Shown: positions 21,561 to 37,035, numbered from the stretch's first letter. The stretch is DNA of 64,000 bases from Escherichia coli (GCF_011045215.1 NZ_CP049201.1), one strand, 5' to 3'. The notes: generated from the sequence alone by a model not told the origin. Made by a program: numbers and translations.

Positions 21561-21732
21561 AAAGTAGATTCCTTTACGACCGAATATATTGCGTTAGATT
21601 AATAAATATTCTTTAAGTGCGAAAAATTTACGCGCAATTTCTGAAAAATATGTCTGACGGTAACCAAATGCAGCAATACATTTGTTTTAACAATACAATT
21701 GCTGCACACTATTCTAAAAGCCGCATAATATC

Positions 21733-21744
21733 TTAGCAAGCTAA
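21733..21744. promoter_or_regulatory. SlyA binding site
   Basis: Exact 12-bp palindrome TTAGCAAGCTAA 11 nt upstream of slyA start, identical to SlyA consensus site. Confidence 0.7.
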
Positions 21745-21754
21745 TTATAAGGAG

Positions 21755-22195
21755 ATGAAATTGGAATCGCCACTAGGTTCTGATCTGGCACGGTTGGTGC
21801 GCATATGGCGTGCTCTGATAGACCATCGCCTGAAACCGCTGGAGTTAACACAAACCCATTGGGTTACGTTACACAATATCCATCAGTTACCTCCAGACCA
21901 GTCGCAAATTCAACTGGCAAAAGCGATTGGCATCGAGCAGCCATCACTGGTCCGTACTCTGGACCAACTGGAAGAAAAAGGGTTAATTTCGCGTCAAACT
22001 TGTGCCAGCGATCGTCGGGCTAAACGTATTAAACTGACGGAAAAGGCAGAGCCGCTGATCAGCGAAATGGAAGCTGTTATTAACAAAACCCGCGCGGAAA
22101 TTTTACATGGCATCTCCGCAGAGGAACTGGAACAACTGATTACGCTCATCGCAAAACTTGAGCATAATATCATTGAGTTACAGGCCAAAGGGTGA
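21755..22195 (+). CDS. slyA: MarR-family transcriptional regulator SlyA
   Basis: [29 protein letters not shown]...; the real start may be the TTG at 21761, giving 144 aa. Confidence 0.93.
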
Positions 22196-22205
22196 AATGA
22201 AGGGG

Positions 22206-22233
22206 GCGTGTGGTCAGTAACCTGACCACACGC
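22206..22233. terminator. bidirectional hairpin between convergent slyA and slyB
   Basis: GCGTGTGGTCAG-TAAC-CTGACCACACGC perfect 12-bp stem. Confidence 0.65.
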
Positions 22234-22240
22234 AAACTAT

Positions 22241-22708
22241 TTAGCGCGGAGAAACGGTCACCTGACTGCCATTGCTGGCCAGTACGACACGTTGGCCCGG
22301 AGAGAAACGAGTGTTGCCTTGTTTCTGTACCACCATGATGGTATTACCATCGTCTTTACGAATTTCCAGCTCGACACCCTGCGTTTTGTTCATTGCACTC
22401 TGTACGCCCTGACCGGCTACGCCACCTGCAACAGCGCCTGCTGCAGTAGCCAGAGAACGCCCGGTTCCGCCACCAACAGTATTTCCCAGGAAACCACCAA
22501 GAACAGCACCGCCAATTGCACCGATCACGTTGGAATCATCACCGCCCTGAATCTGTACCGGACGTACGTTAACGATGGTGCCATAGCTGACATTCTGTAC
22601 TTGTTTCGCTTCAGAAGCGGTATAAACATCCCCTGACAGGGTGTCGTTATTAACACAACCGACAAGAGACAGACCTACCATTGAAACAACCAATACGCGT
22701 TTAATCAT
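22241..22708 (-). CDS. slyB: outer membrane lipoprotein SlyB
   Basis: 155-aa ORF with lipobox (LVGC) and Gly-rich region. Confidence 0.95.
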   Translation of the reverse strand: MIKRVLVVSMVGLSLVGCVNNDTLSGDVYTASEAKQVQNVSYGTIVNVRPVQIQGGDDSNVIGAIGGAVLGGFLGNTVGGGTGRSLATAAGAVAGGVAGQGVQSAMNKTQGVELEIRKDDGNTIMVVQKQGNTRFSPGQRVVLASNGSQVTVSPR

Positions 22709-22831
22709 TGAAAAATCTCCTGTTCACCATGAAACGCCACGCAAGCATCCCTCATGGTCAAAGTATATGGCATATGTGAATCCATGGTTACATGTTCTAC
22801 CAAATATGAGCAAATCATAATGAAAGTAGGA

Positions 22832-22848
22832 TCAACCAATTATAAACA
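22832..22848 (-). promoter_or_regulatory. putative PhoP box in slyB promoter
   Basis: Minus-strand TGTTTA-TAATT-GGTTGA direct-repeat motif about 125 nt upstream of slyB ATG; slyB is a known PhoP-activated gene. Confidence 0.45.
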
Positions 22849-22981
22849 AAACATTCATGATGATTATTGATTTGAAGATAATGTTTTACTACCAACGGTA
22901 AAAATCGGTCATTCCGCATGGTATTCACGAAAAGTTTATGTTTGAGTGGTGCGCAAACGTCAGATTGAAAAAGGATGAACT

Positions 22982-24091
22982 ATGAAATCGGGCCGCTTTA
23001 TTGGCGTTATGTCAGGCACCAGCCTTGATGGTGTTGATGTTGTGTTGGCGACAATTGATGAACACCGGGTCGCACAGCTGGCAAGTTTGAGCTGGCCGAT
23101 CCCGGTGTCTCTGAAACAGGCTGTACTGGATATTTGCCAGGGCCAGCAGCTTACACTTTCGCAGTTTGGACAGCTTGATACTCAACTCGGGCGACTTTTT
23201 GCTGATGCGGTCAATGCCTTGCTTAAGGAACAAAACCTGCAGGCGAGAGATATAGTTGCGATCGGCTGTCACGGTCAAACCGTCTGGCATGAACCGACGG
23301 GCGTGGCACCACACACTTTACAGATTGGCGATAACAATCAAATTGTGGCACGCACCGGAATTACGGTTGTCGGTGATTTTCGCCGTCGCGATATTGCCTT
23401 GGGAGGACAAGGCGCACCGCTGGTACCTGCGTTCCATCATGCCTTGCTGGCTCACCCAACCGAGCGACGAATGGTGCTCAATATTGGCGGCATCGCCAAT
23501 CTGTCACTGCTCATTCCTGGGCAGCCGGTTGGCGGCTACGATACCGGTCCTGGTAACATGCTGATGGATGCCTGGATCTGGCGTCAGGCCGGTAAACCTT
23601 ACGATAAAGATGCCGAGTGGGCACGGGCGGGTAAAGTTATTCTCCCACTGCTGCAAAATATGCTCAGCGACCCATATTTCTCGCAACCTGCACCGAAAAG
23701 CACCGGACGCGAATACTTTAACTACGGCTGGCTGGAGCGCCATTTACGCCATTTTCCGGGTGTTGATCCCCGTGATGTGCAGGCCACACTGGCAGAACTC
23801 ACCGCCGTGACCATTTCTGAACAAGTTTTGTTGAGCGGTGGCTGCGAACGATTGATGGTATGTGGTGGAGGTAGTCGTAATCCGCTACTCATGGCGCGTC
23901 TGGCGGCATTACTGCCAGGCACAGAAGTCACCACCACCGATGCCGTTGGCATTAGTGGCGATGACATGGAAGCATTGGCTTTCGCCTGGCTTGCCTGGCG
24001 GACGCTGGCGGGATTACCAGGAAATCTGCCTTCCGTCACTGGCGCAAGCCAGGAGACGGTACTGGGGGCTATTTTCCCCGCCAACTCGTGA
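22982..24091 (+). CDS. anmK: anhydro-N-acetylmuramic acid kinase
   Basis: 369-aa ORF matching AnmK. Confidence 0.93.
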
Positions 24092-24188
24092 TATCAGAAT
24101 TAACTGAATTTTTTCTTATCGTGTCTGCCGTTACACTTGGAAGATTAAGGAGGGTATTTGCCCTCCGGACCAGGAAAGTCTTCGGGAT

Positions 24189-24518
24189 ATGACTATGAAA
24201 AAACTGTTAATTATCATTTTGCCGCTCCTTCTCTCCGGCTGTAGCGCCTTTAATCAACTGGTTGAGCGAATGCAAACCGATACGCTGGAATACCAGTGTG
24301 ATGAAAAACCGTTGACGGTCAAACTGAATAATCCGCGCCAGGAAGTCAGTTTTGTTTACGATAATCAACTACTGCATCTCAAACAGGGCCTTTCAGCCTC
24401 TGGCGCGCGTTACTCCGACGGGATCTATGTTTTCTGGTCGAAAGGTGAGGAAGCGACTGTCTATAAACGCGACCGCATCGTCTTGAATAACTGTCAGTTA
24501 CAAAATCCACAGCGTTGA
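24189..24518 (+). CDS. mliC: membrane-bound lysozyme inhibitor of C-type lysozyme
   Basis: 109-aa ORF with lipoprotein signal (LLSGC). Confidence 0.9.
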   Translation: MTMKKLLIIILPLLLSGCSAFNQLVERMQTDTLEYQCDEKPLTVKLNNPRQEVSFVYDNQLLHLKQGLSASGARYSDGIYVFWSKGEEATVYKRDRIVLNNCQLQNPQR

Positions 24519-24576
24519 GATTTTTCCAGGGGCGGCGCACAATAGCGTCACCCACTGACAATCCGTAAAGAAAACC

Positions 24577-25233
24577 ATGTCTGATAACGACGAATTGCAG
24601 CAAATCGCGCATCTGCGCCGTGAATACACCAAAGGCGGGTTACGCCGCCGCGATCTTCCCGCCGATCCATTAACCCTTTTTGAACGTTGGCTCTCTCAGG
24701 CTTGTGAAGCCAAACTGGCGGACCCTACCGCGATGGTGGTCGCTACCGTGGATGAACATGGTCAGCCTTATCAGCGCATCGTTTTACTCAAACATTACGA
24801 CGAAAAAGGCATGGTGTTTTACACCAACCTCGGTAGCCGTAAAGCACATCAAATTGAAAATAATCCGCGCGTTAGCCTGCTGTTCCCGTGGCATACCCTT
24901 GAACGCCAGGTGATGGTGATCGGTAAAGCGGAACGACTTTCGACTCTCGAAGTGATGAAATATTTTCATAGCCGCCCGCGTGATAGCCAGATTGGTGCAT
25001 GGGTTTCGAAGCAGTCCAGTCGCATTTCTGCCCGCGGTATCCTTGAAAGTAAATTCCTGGAGCTGAAGCAGAAGTTTCAACAGGGCGAAGTGCCATTGCC
25101 GAGCTTTTGGGGCGGTTTTCGCGTCAGCCTTGAACAGATTGAGTTCTGGCAGGGTGGTGAGCATCGCCTGCATGACCGCTTTTTGTACCAGCGTGAAAAT
25201 GATGCGTGGAAGATTGATCGTCTTGCACCCTGA
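24577..25233 (+). CDS. pdxH: pyridoxine/pyridoxamine 5'-phosphate oxidase
   Basis: 218-aa ORF matching PdxH. Confidence 0.95.
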
Positions 25234-25361
25234 AAAGATGCAAAAATCTTGCTTTAATCGCTGGTACTCCTGATTCTGGCACTTTATTCTATGTCTCTTT
25301 CGCATCTGGCGAAAAGTCGTGTACCGGCAAAGGTGCAGTCGTTATATACATGGAGATTTTG

Positions 25362-26636
25362 ATGGCAAGCAGTAACTTGATTAAACAATTGCAAGAGCGG
25401 GGGCTGGTAGCCCAGGTGACGGACGAGGAAGCGTTAGCAGAGCGACTGGCGCAAGGCCCGATCGCGCTCTATTGCGGCTTCGATCCTACCGCTGACAGCT
25501 TGCATTTGGGGCATCTTGTTCCATTGTTATGCCTGAAACGCTTCCAGCAGGCGGGCCACAAGCCGGTTGCGCTGGTAGGCGGCGCGACGGGTCTGATTGG
25601 CGACCCGAGCTTCAAAGCTGCCGAGCGTAAGCTGAACACCGAAGAAACTGTTCAGGAGTGGGTGGACAAAATCCGTAAGCAGGTTGCCCCGTTCCTCGAT
25701 TTCGACTGTGGAGAAAACTCTGCTATCGCGGCGAACAACTATGACTGGTTCGGCAATATGAATGTGCTGACCTTCCTGCGCGATATTGGCAAACATTTCT
25801 CCGTTAACCAGATGATCAACAAAGAAGCGGTTAAGCAGCGTCTCAACCGTGAAGATCAGGGGATTTCGTTCACTGAGTTTTCCTACAACCTGTTGCAGGG
25901 TTATGACTTCGCCTGTCTGAACAAACAGTACGGTGTGGTGCTGCAAATTGGTGGTTCTGACCAGTGGGGTAACATCACTTCTGGTATCGACCTGACCCGT
26001 CGTCTTCATCAGAATCAGGTGTTTGGCCTGACCGTTCCGCTGATCACCAAAGCAGACGGCACCAAATTTGGTAAAACTGAAGGCGGCGCAGTCTGGTTGG
26101 ATCCGAAGAAAACCAGCCCGTACAAATTCTACCAGTTCTGGATCAACACTGCGGATGCCGACGTTTACCGCTTCCTGAAGTTCTTCACCTTTATGAGCAT
26201 TGAAGAGATCAACGCCCTGGAAGAAGAAGATAAAAATAGCGGTAAAGCACCGCGAGCCCAGTATGTACTGGCGGAGCAGGTGACTCGTCTGGTTCACGGT
26301 GAAGAAGGTTTGCAGGCGGCAAAACGTATTACCGAATGCCTGTTCAGCGGTTCTTTGAGTGCGCTGAGTGAAGCGGACTTCGAACAGCTGGCGCAGGACG
26401 GCGTACCGATGGTTGAGATGGAAAAGGGCGCAGACCTGATGCAGGCGCTGGTCGATTCTGAACTGCAACCTTCCCGTGGTCAGGCGCGTAAAACTATCGC
26501 CTCCAATGCCATCACCATTAACGGTGAAAAACAGTCCGATCCTGAATACTTCTTTAAAGAAGAAGATCGTCTGTTTGGTCGTTTTACCTTACTGCGTCGC
26601 GGCAAAAAGAATTACTGTCTGATTTGCTGGAAATAA
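25362..26636 (+). CDS. tyrS: tyrosyl-tRNA synthetase
   Basis: 424-aa frame from ATG at 25362 ([18 protein letters not shown]), HIGH and KMSKS (KFGKT) motifs. Confidence 0.96.
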
Positions 26637-26652
26637 TGCATTAAGTGGAAAG

Positions 26653-26685
26653 GGGGAGTGAGAAATCACTCCCCCTGGTTTTTAT
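26653..26685 (+). terminator. rho-independent terminator after tyrS
   Basis: GGGGGAGTGA-GAAA-TCACTCCCCC followed by TGGTTTTTA. Confidence 0.75.
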
Positions 26686-26694
26686 ACAGGGAAC

Positions 26695-27558
26695 ATGATG
26701 AAAAATATTCTCGCTATCCAGTCTCACGTTGTTTATGGTCATGCGGGTAACAGTGCGGCAGAGTTTCCGATGCGCCGCCTGGGCGCGAACGTCTGGCCGC
26801 TGAACACCGTTCAATTTTCTAATCACACCCAATACGGCAAATGGACTGGCTGCGTGATGCCGCCCAGCCATTTAACCGAAATTGTGCAAGGCATTGCCGC
26901 CATTGATAAATTACACACCTGTGATGCCGTATTAAGTGGCTATCTGGGATCGGCGGAGCAGGGTGAACATATCCTCGGTATCGTCCGTCAGGTGAAAGCC
27001 GCGAATCCGCAGGCGAAATATTTTTGCGATCCGGTAATGGGTCATCCGGAAAAAGGCTGTATCGTTGCACCGGGTGTCGCAGAGTTTCATGTGCGGCACG
27101 GTTTGCCTGCCAGCGATATCATTGCGCCGAATCTGGTTGAGCTGGAAATACTCTGTGAGCATGCGGTAAATAACGTCGAAGAAGCGGTTCTGGCAGCGCG
27201 CGAACTCATTGCGCAAGGGCCACAAATTGTGTTGGTTAAACACCTGGCGCGAGCTGGCTACAGCCGTGACCGTTTTGAAATGCTGCTGGTCACCGCCGAT
27301 GAAGCCTGGCATATCAGCCGTCCGCTGGTGGATTTTGGTATGCGCCAGCCGGTAGGTGTTGGTGATGTGACGAGCGGTTTACTGCTGGTGAAACTGCTTC
27401 AGGGGGCAACGCTGCAGGAGGCCCTGGAACATGTGACCGCTGCAGTCTACGAAATCATGGTGACCACCAAAGCAATGCAGGAATATGAGCTGCAAGTGGT
27501 GGCTGCTCAGGATCGTATTGCCAAACCAGAACATTACTTCAGCGCAACAAAGCTCTGA
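26695..27558 (+). CDS. pdxY: pyridoxal kinase 2
   Basis: 287-aa ORF matching PdxY. Confidence 0.94.
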   Translation: MMKNILAIQSHVVYGHAGNSAAEFPMRRLGANVWPLNTVQFSNHTQYGKWTGCVMPPSHLTEIVQGIAAIDKLHTCDAVLSGYLGSAEQGEHILGIVRQVKAANPQAKYFCDPVMGHPEKGCIVAPGVAEFHVRHGLPASDIIAPNLVELEILCEHAVNNVEEAVLAARELIAQGPQIVLVKHLARAGYSRDRFEMLLVTADEAWHISRPLVDFGMRQPVGVGDVTSGLLLVKLLQGATLQEALEHVTAAVYEIMVTTKAMQEYELQVVAAQDRIAKPEHYFSATKL

Positions 27559-27570
27559 AATATCTCATTT

Positions 27571-27594
27571 CGGCCCACAACGACCTGTGGGCCG
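27571..27594. terminator. bidirectional hairpin between convergent pdxY and gstA
   Basis: CGGCCCACA-ACGACC-TGTGGGCCG. Confidence 0.6.
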
Positions 27595-27601
27595 ATGGCT
27601 A

Positions 27602-28207
27602 TTACTTTAAGCTTTCCGCTGACAGCGCGTCTTGTACTTCCGGACGTTCAGCCATACGTTGCATAAATGCCGCAATGTGCTCTAACCCTTCCAGATTCAG
27701 TTTCACCGCGTATGCCCAGCGCAGAACCGTAAACAGATAGGCATCAGCAATTGTAAATCTTTGCCCGCAGATCCAGTGCTCATCCTTCAGTGCCTCATTC
27801 ACATATTGCAGCTTCTTCTCCAGCTGCGCGCGAACTGTCGGTTTGTACTCTTCCGGTGTATCAGGGCGAAACAGAGGTGTGAAACCTTTATGCAGCTCGG
27901 TGGCGATGTAATTCAGCCATTCGATGGTTTTATAGCGGGAAATACTGTTTACCGGTGCCAGCAACTGGCGGTCGGGGACGCTGTCGGCAAGATACTGCAT
28001 AATCGCAACGCCTTCCGTCAGCAAAGTACCATCGTCCAGCAGCAATGCAGGCACCTGCCCCTTAGGGTTAACGGCAAAGTAATCGTCACCGTTTTCGAGA
28101 CGTTTTTTCATTAAATCCACACTGACGAGCGTAAAATCCTTTCCGCTCTCACGCAGGGTGATATGGGAAGCGAGAGAGCAGGCGCCCGGTTTGTAGAACA
28201 ATTTCAT
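27602..28207 (-). CDS. gstA: glutathione S-transferase
   Basis: 201-aa [28 protein letters not shown], recognised as GstA. Confidence 0.95.
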   Translation of the reverse strand: MKLFYKPGACSLASHITLRESGKDFTLVSVDLMKKRLENGDDYFAVNPKGQVPALLLDDGTLLTEGVAIMQYLADSVPDRQLLAPVNSISRYKTIEWLNYIATELHKGFTPLFRPDTPEEYKPTVRAQLEKKLQYVNEALKDEHWICGQRFTIADAYLFTVLRWAYAVKLNLEGLEHIAAFMQRMAERPEVQDALSAESLK

Positions 28208-28255
28208 CGGTAACTCCTTTTGTCTGTGGTTTAAAGTATGGTAGTGCGTTGCTGA

Positions 28256-28290
28256 ACAAAAAAAAAGCCGCTAACGAAAAGTTAGCGGCT
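28256..28290 (-). terminator. rho-independent terminator after dtpA
   Basis: AGCCGCTAAC-GAAAA-GTTAGCGGCT with A9 on plus strand (U-run on minus-strand transcript). Confidence 0.75.
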
Positions 28291-28312
28291 TGTAAAAGAG
28301 TTTCCCTGAATT

Positions 28313-29815
28313 TTACGCTACGGCTGCTTTCGCCGCTTTGTCTGCAGCGTCATCCTGCGTCATGCGGTGCAGTTTCGGCGCGGTCAGCAGCATCAGTACT
28401 GCAATAACGGCAGTAGCGACACCAATCTGCAAGAATACGCGACCATAGACTTCCAGTGACATCAGCGGATCGGTAACGTTATCCGGCACAGCCATCATAC
28501 CCGCAACATAACCACCAATCAGGTTTGCACCGGCAGTGGTCAGGAACCAGCTACCCATAATGAAGCCCATCAGACGCTGCGGAACGAGTTGAGCAACCAT
28601 TGCCAGACCCAGACCAGAGATCATAAGTTCCCCGATACTCTGCAGGCCATAGCTTGCGACCAGCCAGCTTACAGACACGATACCTGCGTCAGACGCGAAT
28701 TTTGCACCCAGCGGCAGAATCAGGAACGCACCAGAACACATCACCATACCGATTGCAAACTTAGTTGGCATCGGCAGGGTATCGCCCATCTTGTTATAGA
28801 TAGCGGCCAGAATCGGGCTACCAATGATGATCCAGAACGGGTTCAGTGCCTGATACTGCTCAGGTTCTACGGCCAGGCCCAGAATGGTGTGTTCAACGTT
28901 ACGAATCGCAAAGAAGTTCAGTGACGTTGGCATCTGGCTGTACAGTACGAAGAAGATAATGGCTTCGAGCATCAGGATGAAGGCAACGATCATTTTACGA
29001 CGCGCAGCACCTTTCATCGCGAAGGCTTCTTTACCGAAGATAACCACGATACCAAAGGCAACAACGCCCAGCGCCATACGCGCAACTTCCTGATTGTGCA
29101 GCAGCCAGGTGGCGATAGCGATCAGTGCCACAACACCAATAATGGTCAGCAGCAGGTTACGGTAGTTGATAGGCTCGAAGTCTGGTTTTGAACCGTACTG
29201 TTTAACCCAGCGTTGGCAGAAGGCGAAGTTAACGATAGTGATCAGCAGGCCTACAACGCTCAACGCAAACGCAACACTCCAGCCGTATTTCGCGGCCAGC
29301 CACGGGGTGGCGATCATAGAGAAGAAAGAGCCGATGTTGACGGACATGTAGTACATGGTGAATGCACCGTCCAGACGCGGGTCGTTTTTCTCATAGCATG
29401 TAGAAAGCAGAGAAGACGGGTTAGCTTTAAACAGGCCGTTACCGACCGCAATAGCCGCCATACCCATATAAACGATACCGGCGTCGTGACCAGACCAGGC
29501 AACCAGAGCATAACCAATCGCCAGCACAATAGCGCCGAGCATAATTACGCGTTTAGTACCCAGTACCTTGTCACCTAACCAGCCGCCGATAGCGACCAGA
29601 CCATAAACCAGGGCACTAAAGGAAGAGAAAAGGGTGATTGAATCCGCTTCAGACATACCCAGTTGTTTAACCAGGTAAACAGCCATAATTCCTTGTAGGC
29701 CGTAATAACCAAAACGTTCCCATAACTCAATCGAGAAGATGAGATAGAACGCCTTCGGTTGTTTGAAAGCGTTCAAACTGACGCTTTCAGTTGGTTTTTG
29801 GTTTGCAGTGGACAC
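28313..29815 (-). CDS. dtpA: dipeptide/tripeptide:H+ symporter (POT family)
   Basis: 500-aa ORF (GTG start) matching DtpA/TppB. Confidence 0.94.
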
Positions 29816-30425
29816 TTTTACCTCTTTTTTTACATCCCATATTAACGGGGGTGCTTTCTCGCGTTATGTCTAAAAAACATACGCGCAATTGTTATAGTGG
29901 GAGGGGAAACGGCAGGTAATGTTCACTATCTTGCACTTTCAGACAAGTCCTTTGTAATAATCTGTTACATATAACTGAGGCGGGGAATTCAACCATTCCG
30001 GGAAATGTTATCCAGCGTTAAATTTTTCAAAAAACGTAACGGCAGATTTTTTCACTGCACTGAGAGGGGGGTGATGGCTTGACGGCGATATGTTCTGCTA
30101 TTTAGCGTTTTTCCTAGTGAGATAGTCCAGTTTCTGAAAAATAGCCAGTGTAATGTTTTGTAGGTCAATATTTGTTGCGTGTGTAAATTTAAATGATTTT
30201 AACCTGATTCTTGCAATGTTTTTACATTGCCACAGCATCGTGATCTTGATCACGAATGAATAGAAAATTTCGCTATTAAAAAAACAATTAACCTGCATTT
30301 TTGGTTATCCGCAAACGGATTACCTGATGATAACGCTAAGCAATGGCATCATTGACGTTAAAAAGATGTTTTAAAAGAGGATAAAGAAAGGTTATCAATG
30401 GGGTAATCGGTGTTACCCCTTTTCT

Positions 30426-31061
30426 TCAGATGTCAACTTTCTCTTTGTATTCACAAAGATCTTCAATAATACAAGAGCCACAGCGGGGCTTGCGGGCAAT
30501 GCAGGTATAACGCCCGTGCAGGATCAACCAATGGTGGCAGTCGACTTTAAACTCTGCCGGAACCACTTTCAGTAGCTTTTCTTCTACCTGTTCGACGTTT
30601 TTCCCCGGCGCAAATTGAGTACGATTACAAACGCGGAAGATGTGCGTGTCGACAGCAATAGTCGGCCAGCCGAATGCAGTGTTTAATACGACGTTGGCTG
30701 TTTTACGACCTACGCCGGGCAGGGCTTCAAGCGCAGCACGATCTTCCGGAACCTCGCCATTATGCTGCTCCAGTAAGATACGGCAGGTTTTGATGATATT
30801 TTCTGCTTTGCTGTTATAAAGCCCAATCGTTTTGATATAGGTTTTCACCCCTTCAACGCCCAGTTCAAGCATCGCTGCAGGCGTATTCGCCACCGGGTAG
30901 AGTTTCGCCGTCGCCTTATTAACACTGACATCGGTCGCCTGAGCGGAAAGCAGTACGGCAATCAACAATTCAAAAGGCGAACTGAAATTAAGCTCGGTGG
31001 TGGGATGAGGATTGTTCTCACGCAGGCGAGTGAGGATCTCCAGGCGTTTTGCTTTGTTCAT
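30426..31061 (-). CDS. nth: endonuclease III
   Basis: 211-aa ORF with HhH and 4Fe-4S Cys cluster. Confidence 0.95.
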   Translation of the reverse strand: MNKAKRLEILTRLRENNPHPTTELNFSSPFELLIAVLLSAQATDVSVNKATAKLYPVANTPAAMLELGVEGVKTYIKTIGLYNSKAENIIKTCRILLEQHNGEVPEDRAALEALPGVGRKTANVVLNTAFGWPTIAVDTHIFRVCNRTQFAPGKNVEQVEEKLLKVVPAEFKVDCHHWLILHGRYTCIARKPRCGSCIIEDLCEYKEKVDI

Positions 31062-31756
31062 CAGACATTCCCTGTTTCACCGTTTGGCAATGCACGTTCG
31101 GCAGCTGCTTCAGTACGGCGCTTTTTCATTCTTTCATCAATCAGGTATTTTCCTGCCAGCATCAGTCCCAGGCCAATAAATGCACCTGGTGGCAGCATCG
31201 CCAACAGGAAAGGGGAGTCGGTGTGGAAAATCTCCACGCGTAATACTTTTGCCCAGCTACCTAACAGCGCATCAGCACCGTCAAACAATGTGCCATTGCC
31301 GATAATTTCGCGTAGTGAACCCAGCACGAACATGGCGCAGGTTGCGCCCATACCAATTGAAAAGCCGTCCAGTGCCGAAAGCGCCGGACCTTTTTTGGCG
31401 GCGAAGGCTTCAGCGCGGCCCACAACGATACAGTTAGTGACAATAAGCGGAATAAAAATCCCTAATGATTGATACAGGCCAAAGGCGTAGGCGTTGATCA
31501 GCATCTGTACAGCGCTGACCACCGAGGCGATGATCATCACGTAAATGGGAATGCGGATCTCGGCTGGCGTCCAGTGACGCAGCGTCGAAATGGTCAGGTT
31601 GGTCAGCGTCAGTACCAGCGTAGTCGCAAGTCCTAAACCCAGAGCGTTAGTGGCAGTGGACGTGACCGCCAACAGAGGACAAAGGCCGAGCAACTGGACC
31701 AGCGCAGAGTTGTTTTTCCACAACCCCTGAACAATAACGTCTTTAATTTCGCTCAC
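31061..31756 (-). CDS. rsxE: Rsx (Rnf-type) complex subunit E
   Basis: 231-aa membrane ORF, GTG start, in rsxABCDGE-nth cluster. Confidence 0.92.
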
Positions 31757-31759
31757 GCT

Positions 31760-32380
31760 TTATTCTCCACAGGCAGGAAGTTGAGAAAGTTGTGCCGGTA
31801 ACGTCTGAGCGTACAATCCGGCGCGTTTTACCGCATTAACCACCGCGCGGGGAGTAATCGTCGCGCCGGTGAACTGGTCGAAATCACCACCATCTTTCTT
31901 CACCGCCCAGTGCGCATCATCCGCACCACTGATTTTTTTACCCGCAAAATGGGTGATCCAGTCAGAAAGGCGCAGTTCGATTTTATCGCCAAGCCCTGGC
32001 GTTTCGTGGTGCTCTGTCACGCGCGTGCCAAGTACCGTGCCGTTAAAATCGGCTCCCACCAGCAGCTGAATCGCACCGGAATAGCCATCTGGCGCGGTTG
32101 CTTCCAGAACGGCGGCTACCGGTTTGTCATTCTGTTTGGCGATGTAAACCCGATGCTCACCTTTACCTAACTCTGGCGCAGTTACCAGATAGCAACTCTG
32201 TGCCAGCGCATTGTTATAGCGTTCGGCTGGCAGCACCTGATCAAATAACGCCTTTTGTTGCAGACTGGCCTGTTCAGCAATCGTCGTTTTGGTCATCTGG
32301 TTGATGGCCGCAGTTAACCCTGTTGAACCCGCTGCAAATAGCGCCAACGTAATGCCGTGTTTTCGGATAGTTTTCAGCAT
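31760..32380 (-). CDS. rsxG: Rsx complex subunit G
   Basis: 206-aa [21 protein letters not shown]. Confidence 0.92.
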   Translation of the reverse strand: MLKTIRKHGITLALFAAGSTGLTAAINQMTKTTIAEQASLQQKALFDQVLPAERYNNALAQSCYLVTAPELGKGEHRVYIAKQNDKPVAAVLEATAPDGYSGAIQLLVGADFNGTVLGTRVTEHHETPGLGDKIELRLSDWITHFAGKKISGADDAHWAVKKDGGDFDQFTGATITPRAVVNAVKRAGLYAQTLPAQLSQLPACGE

Positions 32381-32383
32381 GGT

Positions 32384-33442
32384 TTACCCTTTGCGATGGC
32401 CGTAGACGCGCGGACGCGTGTAGTAATCGATCAGAGGAACCGTGATGTTCGCCAGCAGGACGGCAAAAGCCACGCCGTCAGGATAGCCGCCGAAACTGCG
32501 GATCAACCAGACCAATAAGCCCGCCAGCGCGCCGAAAATAAGACGACCACGATTGGTCGTAGAAGCGGTAACCGGGTCAGTCAAAATAAAGAATGCACCG
32601 AGCATGGTCGCTCCAGACAGCAGATGAATTTGCGGTGCTGCCAGTGTTTCTGGTGAGAACAACCAGCCCAACGTTGCGCATAACGCCAGCGTTACTAAGA
32701 AGCTGAGGGGAATATGCCAGCGAATCGCTTTCTGCCATAGCAACCATACGCCGCCAGCCAGCCAGGCGAGATTTACCCATTGCCAACCAGCGCCCGCCAG
32801 AATACCGCTGTAGATCGGATATTGCATAATCTGTTCAACCGAATGACCGGCACGGACAGAGGTTTTAAATGTATCCAGCGGTGTCGCCTGACTAATGCCA
32901 TCAATACCTAAGCGTAGTGTGTTCATATCACCACCACTGGCGGTATGCCCGCTGAAAATAACCTGTATGGCGTCGATAAAACCTGGGATGTTGACCGCAA
33001 TTTCATGTGGCGGTAACCAGCTGGTCATCTGCACCGGGAAGGAGATCAGTAAGACCACATAACCAATCATTGCCGGATTAAACGGGTTTTGTCCCAGACC
33101 GCCATACAACTGTTTAGCGATGATCACCGCAAACACCGTACCCAGCACGACCATCCACCATGGCGCGAGGGGGGGAATACTTACCGCCAGCAATAAGCCT
33201 GTCAGCAATGCTGAGTTATCTTTCAACGTGGCGGCTACCGACTGTTTGCGTAGTTTGAGTACGAGAGCTTCGGCTAACAGAGCACTGACCGACGCCAACA
33301 GGATCTGAACGAGAGTACCCCAACCAAAAAACCACAGTTGCGCTGCGATTCCTGGCACGGCTGCGAGCAACACCAACAGCATAATGCGCGATGTCTGGCG
33401 CTGGTTATGGGTATAAGGGGAGCTAGCTATTCTGAATACCAT
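32384..33442 (-). CDS. rsxD: Rsx complex subunit D
   Basis: 352-aa polytopic ORF. Confidence 0.92.
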   Translation of the reverse strand: MVFRIASSPYTHNQRQTSRIMLLVLLAAVPGIAAQLWFFGWGTLVQILLASVSALLAEALVLKLRKQSVAATLKDNSALLTGLLLAVSIPPLAPWWMVVLGTVFAVIIAKQLYGGLGQNPFNPAMIGYVVLLISFPVQMTSWLPPHEIAVNIPGFIDAIQVIFSGHTASGGDMNTLRLGIDGISQATPLDTFKTSVRAGHSVEQIMQYPIYSGILAGAGWQWVNLAWLAGGVWLLWQKAIRWHIPLSFLVTLALCATLGWLFSPETLAAPQIHLLSGATMLGAFFILTDPVTASTTNRGRLIFGALAGLLVWLIRSFGGYPDGVAFAVLLANITVPLIDYYTRPRVYGHRKG

Positions 33443-35851
<2,409 letters not shown>

Positions 35852-35852
<1 letters not shown>

Positions 35853-36433
35853 TACAACTTCACCAAACCACTAAAGCCCATAAAGGCCAGAGACATAAGA
35901 CCTGCGGTAATTAACGCAATGGCATTACCGCGAAAAGGAGCCGGGACATCAGCCACAGCAAGGCGTTCGCGGATGGCTGCGAAGAGAACCATCACCAGCG
36001 AGAAACCGACAGCGGCGGAAAAACCGTACAGCGCCGACTGCAAGAAATTGTGCCCGAGATTGATATTCAGCAACGCCACGCCGAGCACTGCACAGTTGGT
36101 GGTGATAAGCGGCAAAAAAATCCCCAGCAGACGGTAAAGCACCGGGCTGGTTTTGCGCACCACCATCTCGGTGAACTGCACAACCACAGCAATCACCAGA
36201 ATAAACGCCAGGGTACGCAGGTAAATCAGATTAAGTGGGATCAAAATCCACGTATCGATAAGCCAGGCGCAAATAGACGCCAGCGTCATCACAAACGTTG
36301 TTGCCAGCCCCATGCCCATCGCGGTTTCCAGCTTTTTGGAAACTCCCATAAACGGACAGAGACCGAGAAACTTGACCAGTACAAAGTTATTGACCAGTAC
36401 AGTTCCGACAAACAGTAACAGGTAGTCAGTCAT
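35852..36433 (-). CDS. rsxA: Rsx complex subunit A
   Basis: 193-aa membrane ORF. Confidence 0.93.
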
Positions 36434-36509
36434 TTTTCGGCCTGAAATAAAAAAGCCGCCTATTATCCGTTAATCCAGAGCAGGCGACAACAGGTTAACT
36501 GTAAGGTTA

Positions 36510-36950
36510 TTACGGATTCACAAACGTCGCTTTCACCCGCGACGAGCGTTTGAAATAGGGGACGATCAATGCGGTTGCCAACAAAGTAAACAGCAACTGG
36601 CGAACGGCTATGCCATCTTCCACGGGTGAAAAAGCGAACGCTTTTACTGCCAGCAATACGGAAATAAGCAGCCAGATAATATAGTGTTTAGGAACACAAC
36701 GCCGACGTTTAAAGAAAGCGATGGTCAACCACAGTGTGTAATACCACATGGCGATAGCAGTAATAAAAGAAACGCCCCATAAGATTTGTGTCGTCAGTGC
36801 TTGTGCGCCGAGCGTTTGAAATGTTTGCGGAGAAGATAACGCAGCGGTATACAGCAACAACGCCAGCGTCGTACTTAACAGAGCGACTAAAAGCCAGGCC
36901 AACGGGCCAAGCAACCAGCCTCCAATACGTTGTGGCGTTGTGGTGGTCAT
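36510..36950 (-). CDS. ydgK: DUF2569 inner membrane protein YdgK
   Basis: 146-aa frame from ATG at 36950 (MTTTTPQRIGGW). Confidence 0.85.
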   Translation of the reverse strand: MTTTTPQRIGGWLLGPLAWLLVALLSTTLALLLYTAALSSPQTFQTLGAQALTTQILWGVSFITAIAMWYYTLWLTIAFFKRRRCVPKHYIIWLLISVLLAVKAFAFSPVEDGIAVRQLLFTLLATALIVPYFKRSSRVKATFVNP

Positions 36951-37035
36951 AGGTTCTCCAGAATAGCGACGCAAACAGGCAAATCTAATTTTAGGGGCGT
37001 TATTATAAGGCTTTTATAACCGATCGCTACTTTCT

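Noticed and set aside
25527-26468. 313-aa minus-strand ORF
   Set aside because: Antisense to tyrS, which is unambiguous; no independent support.
30098-30298. 66-aa ORF in the 610-bp dtpA upstream region
   Set aside because: AT-rich regulatory DNA upstream of dtpA (OmpR-regulated by established knowledge); no Shine-Dalgarno and low-complexity sequence. A small protein cannot be excluded without ribosome profiling.
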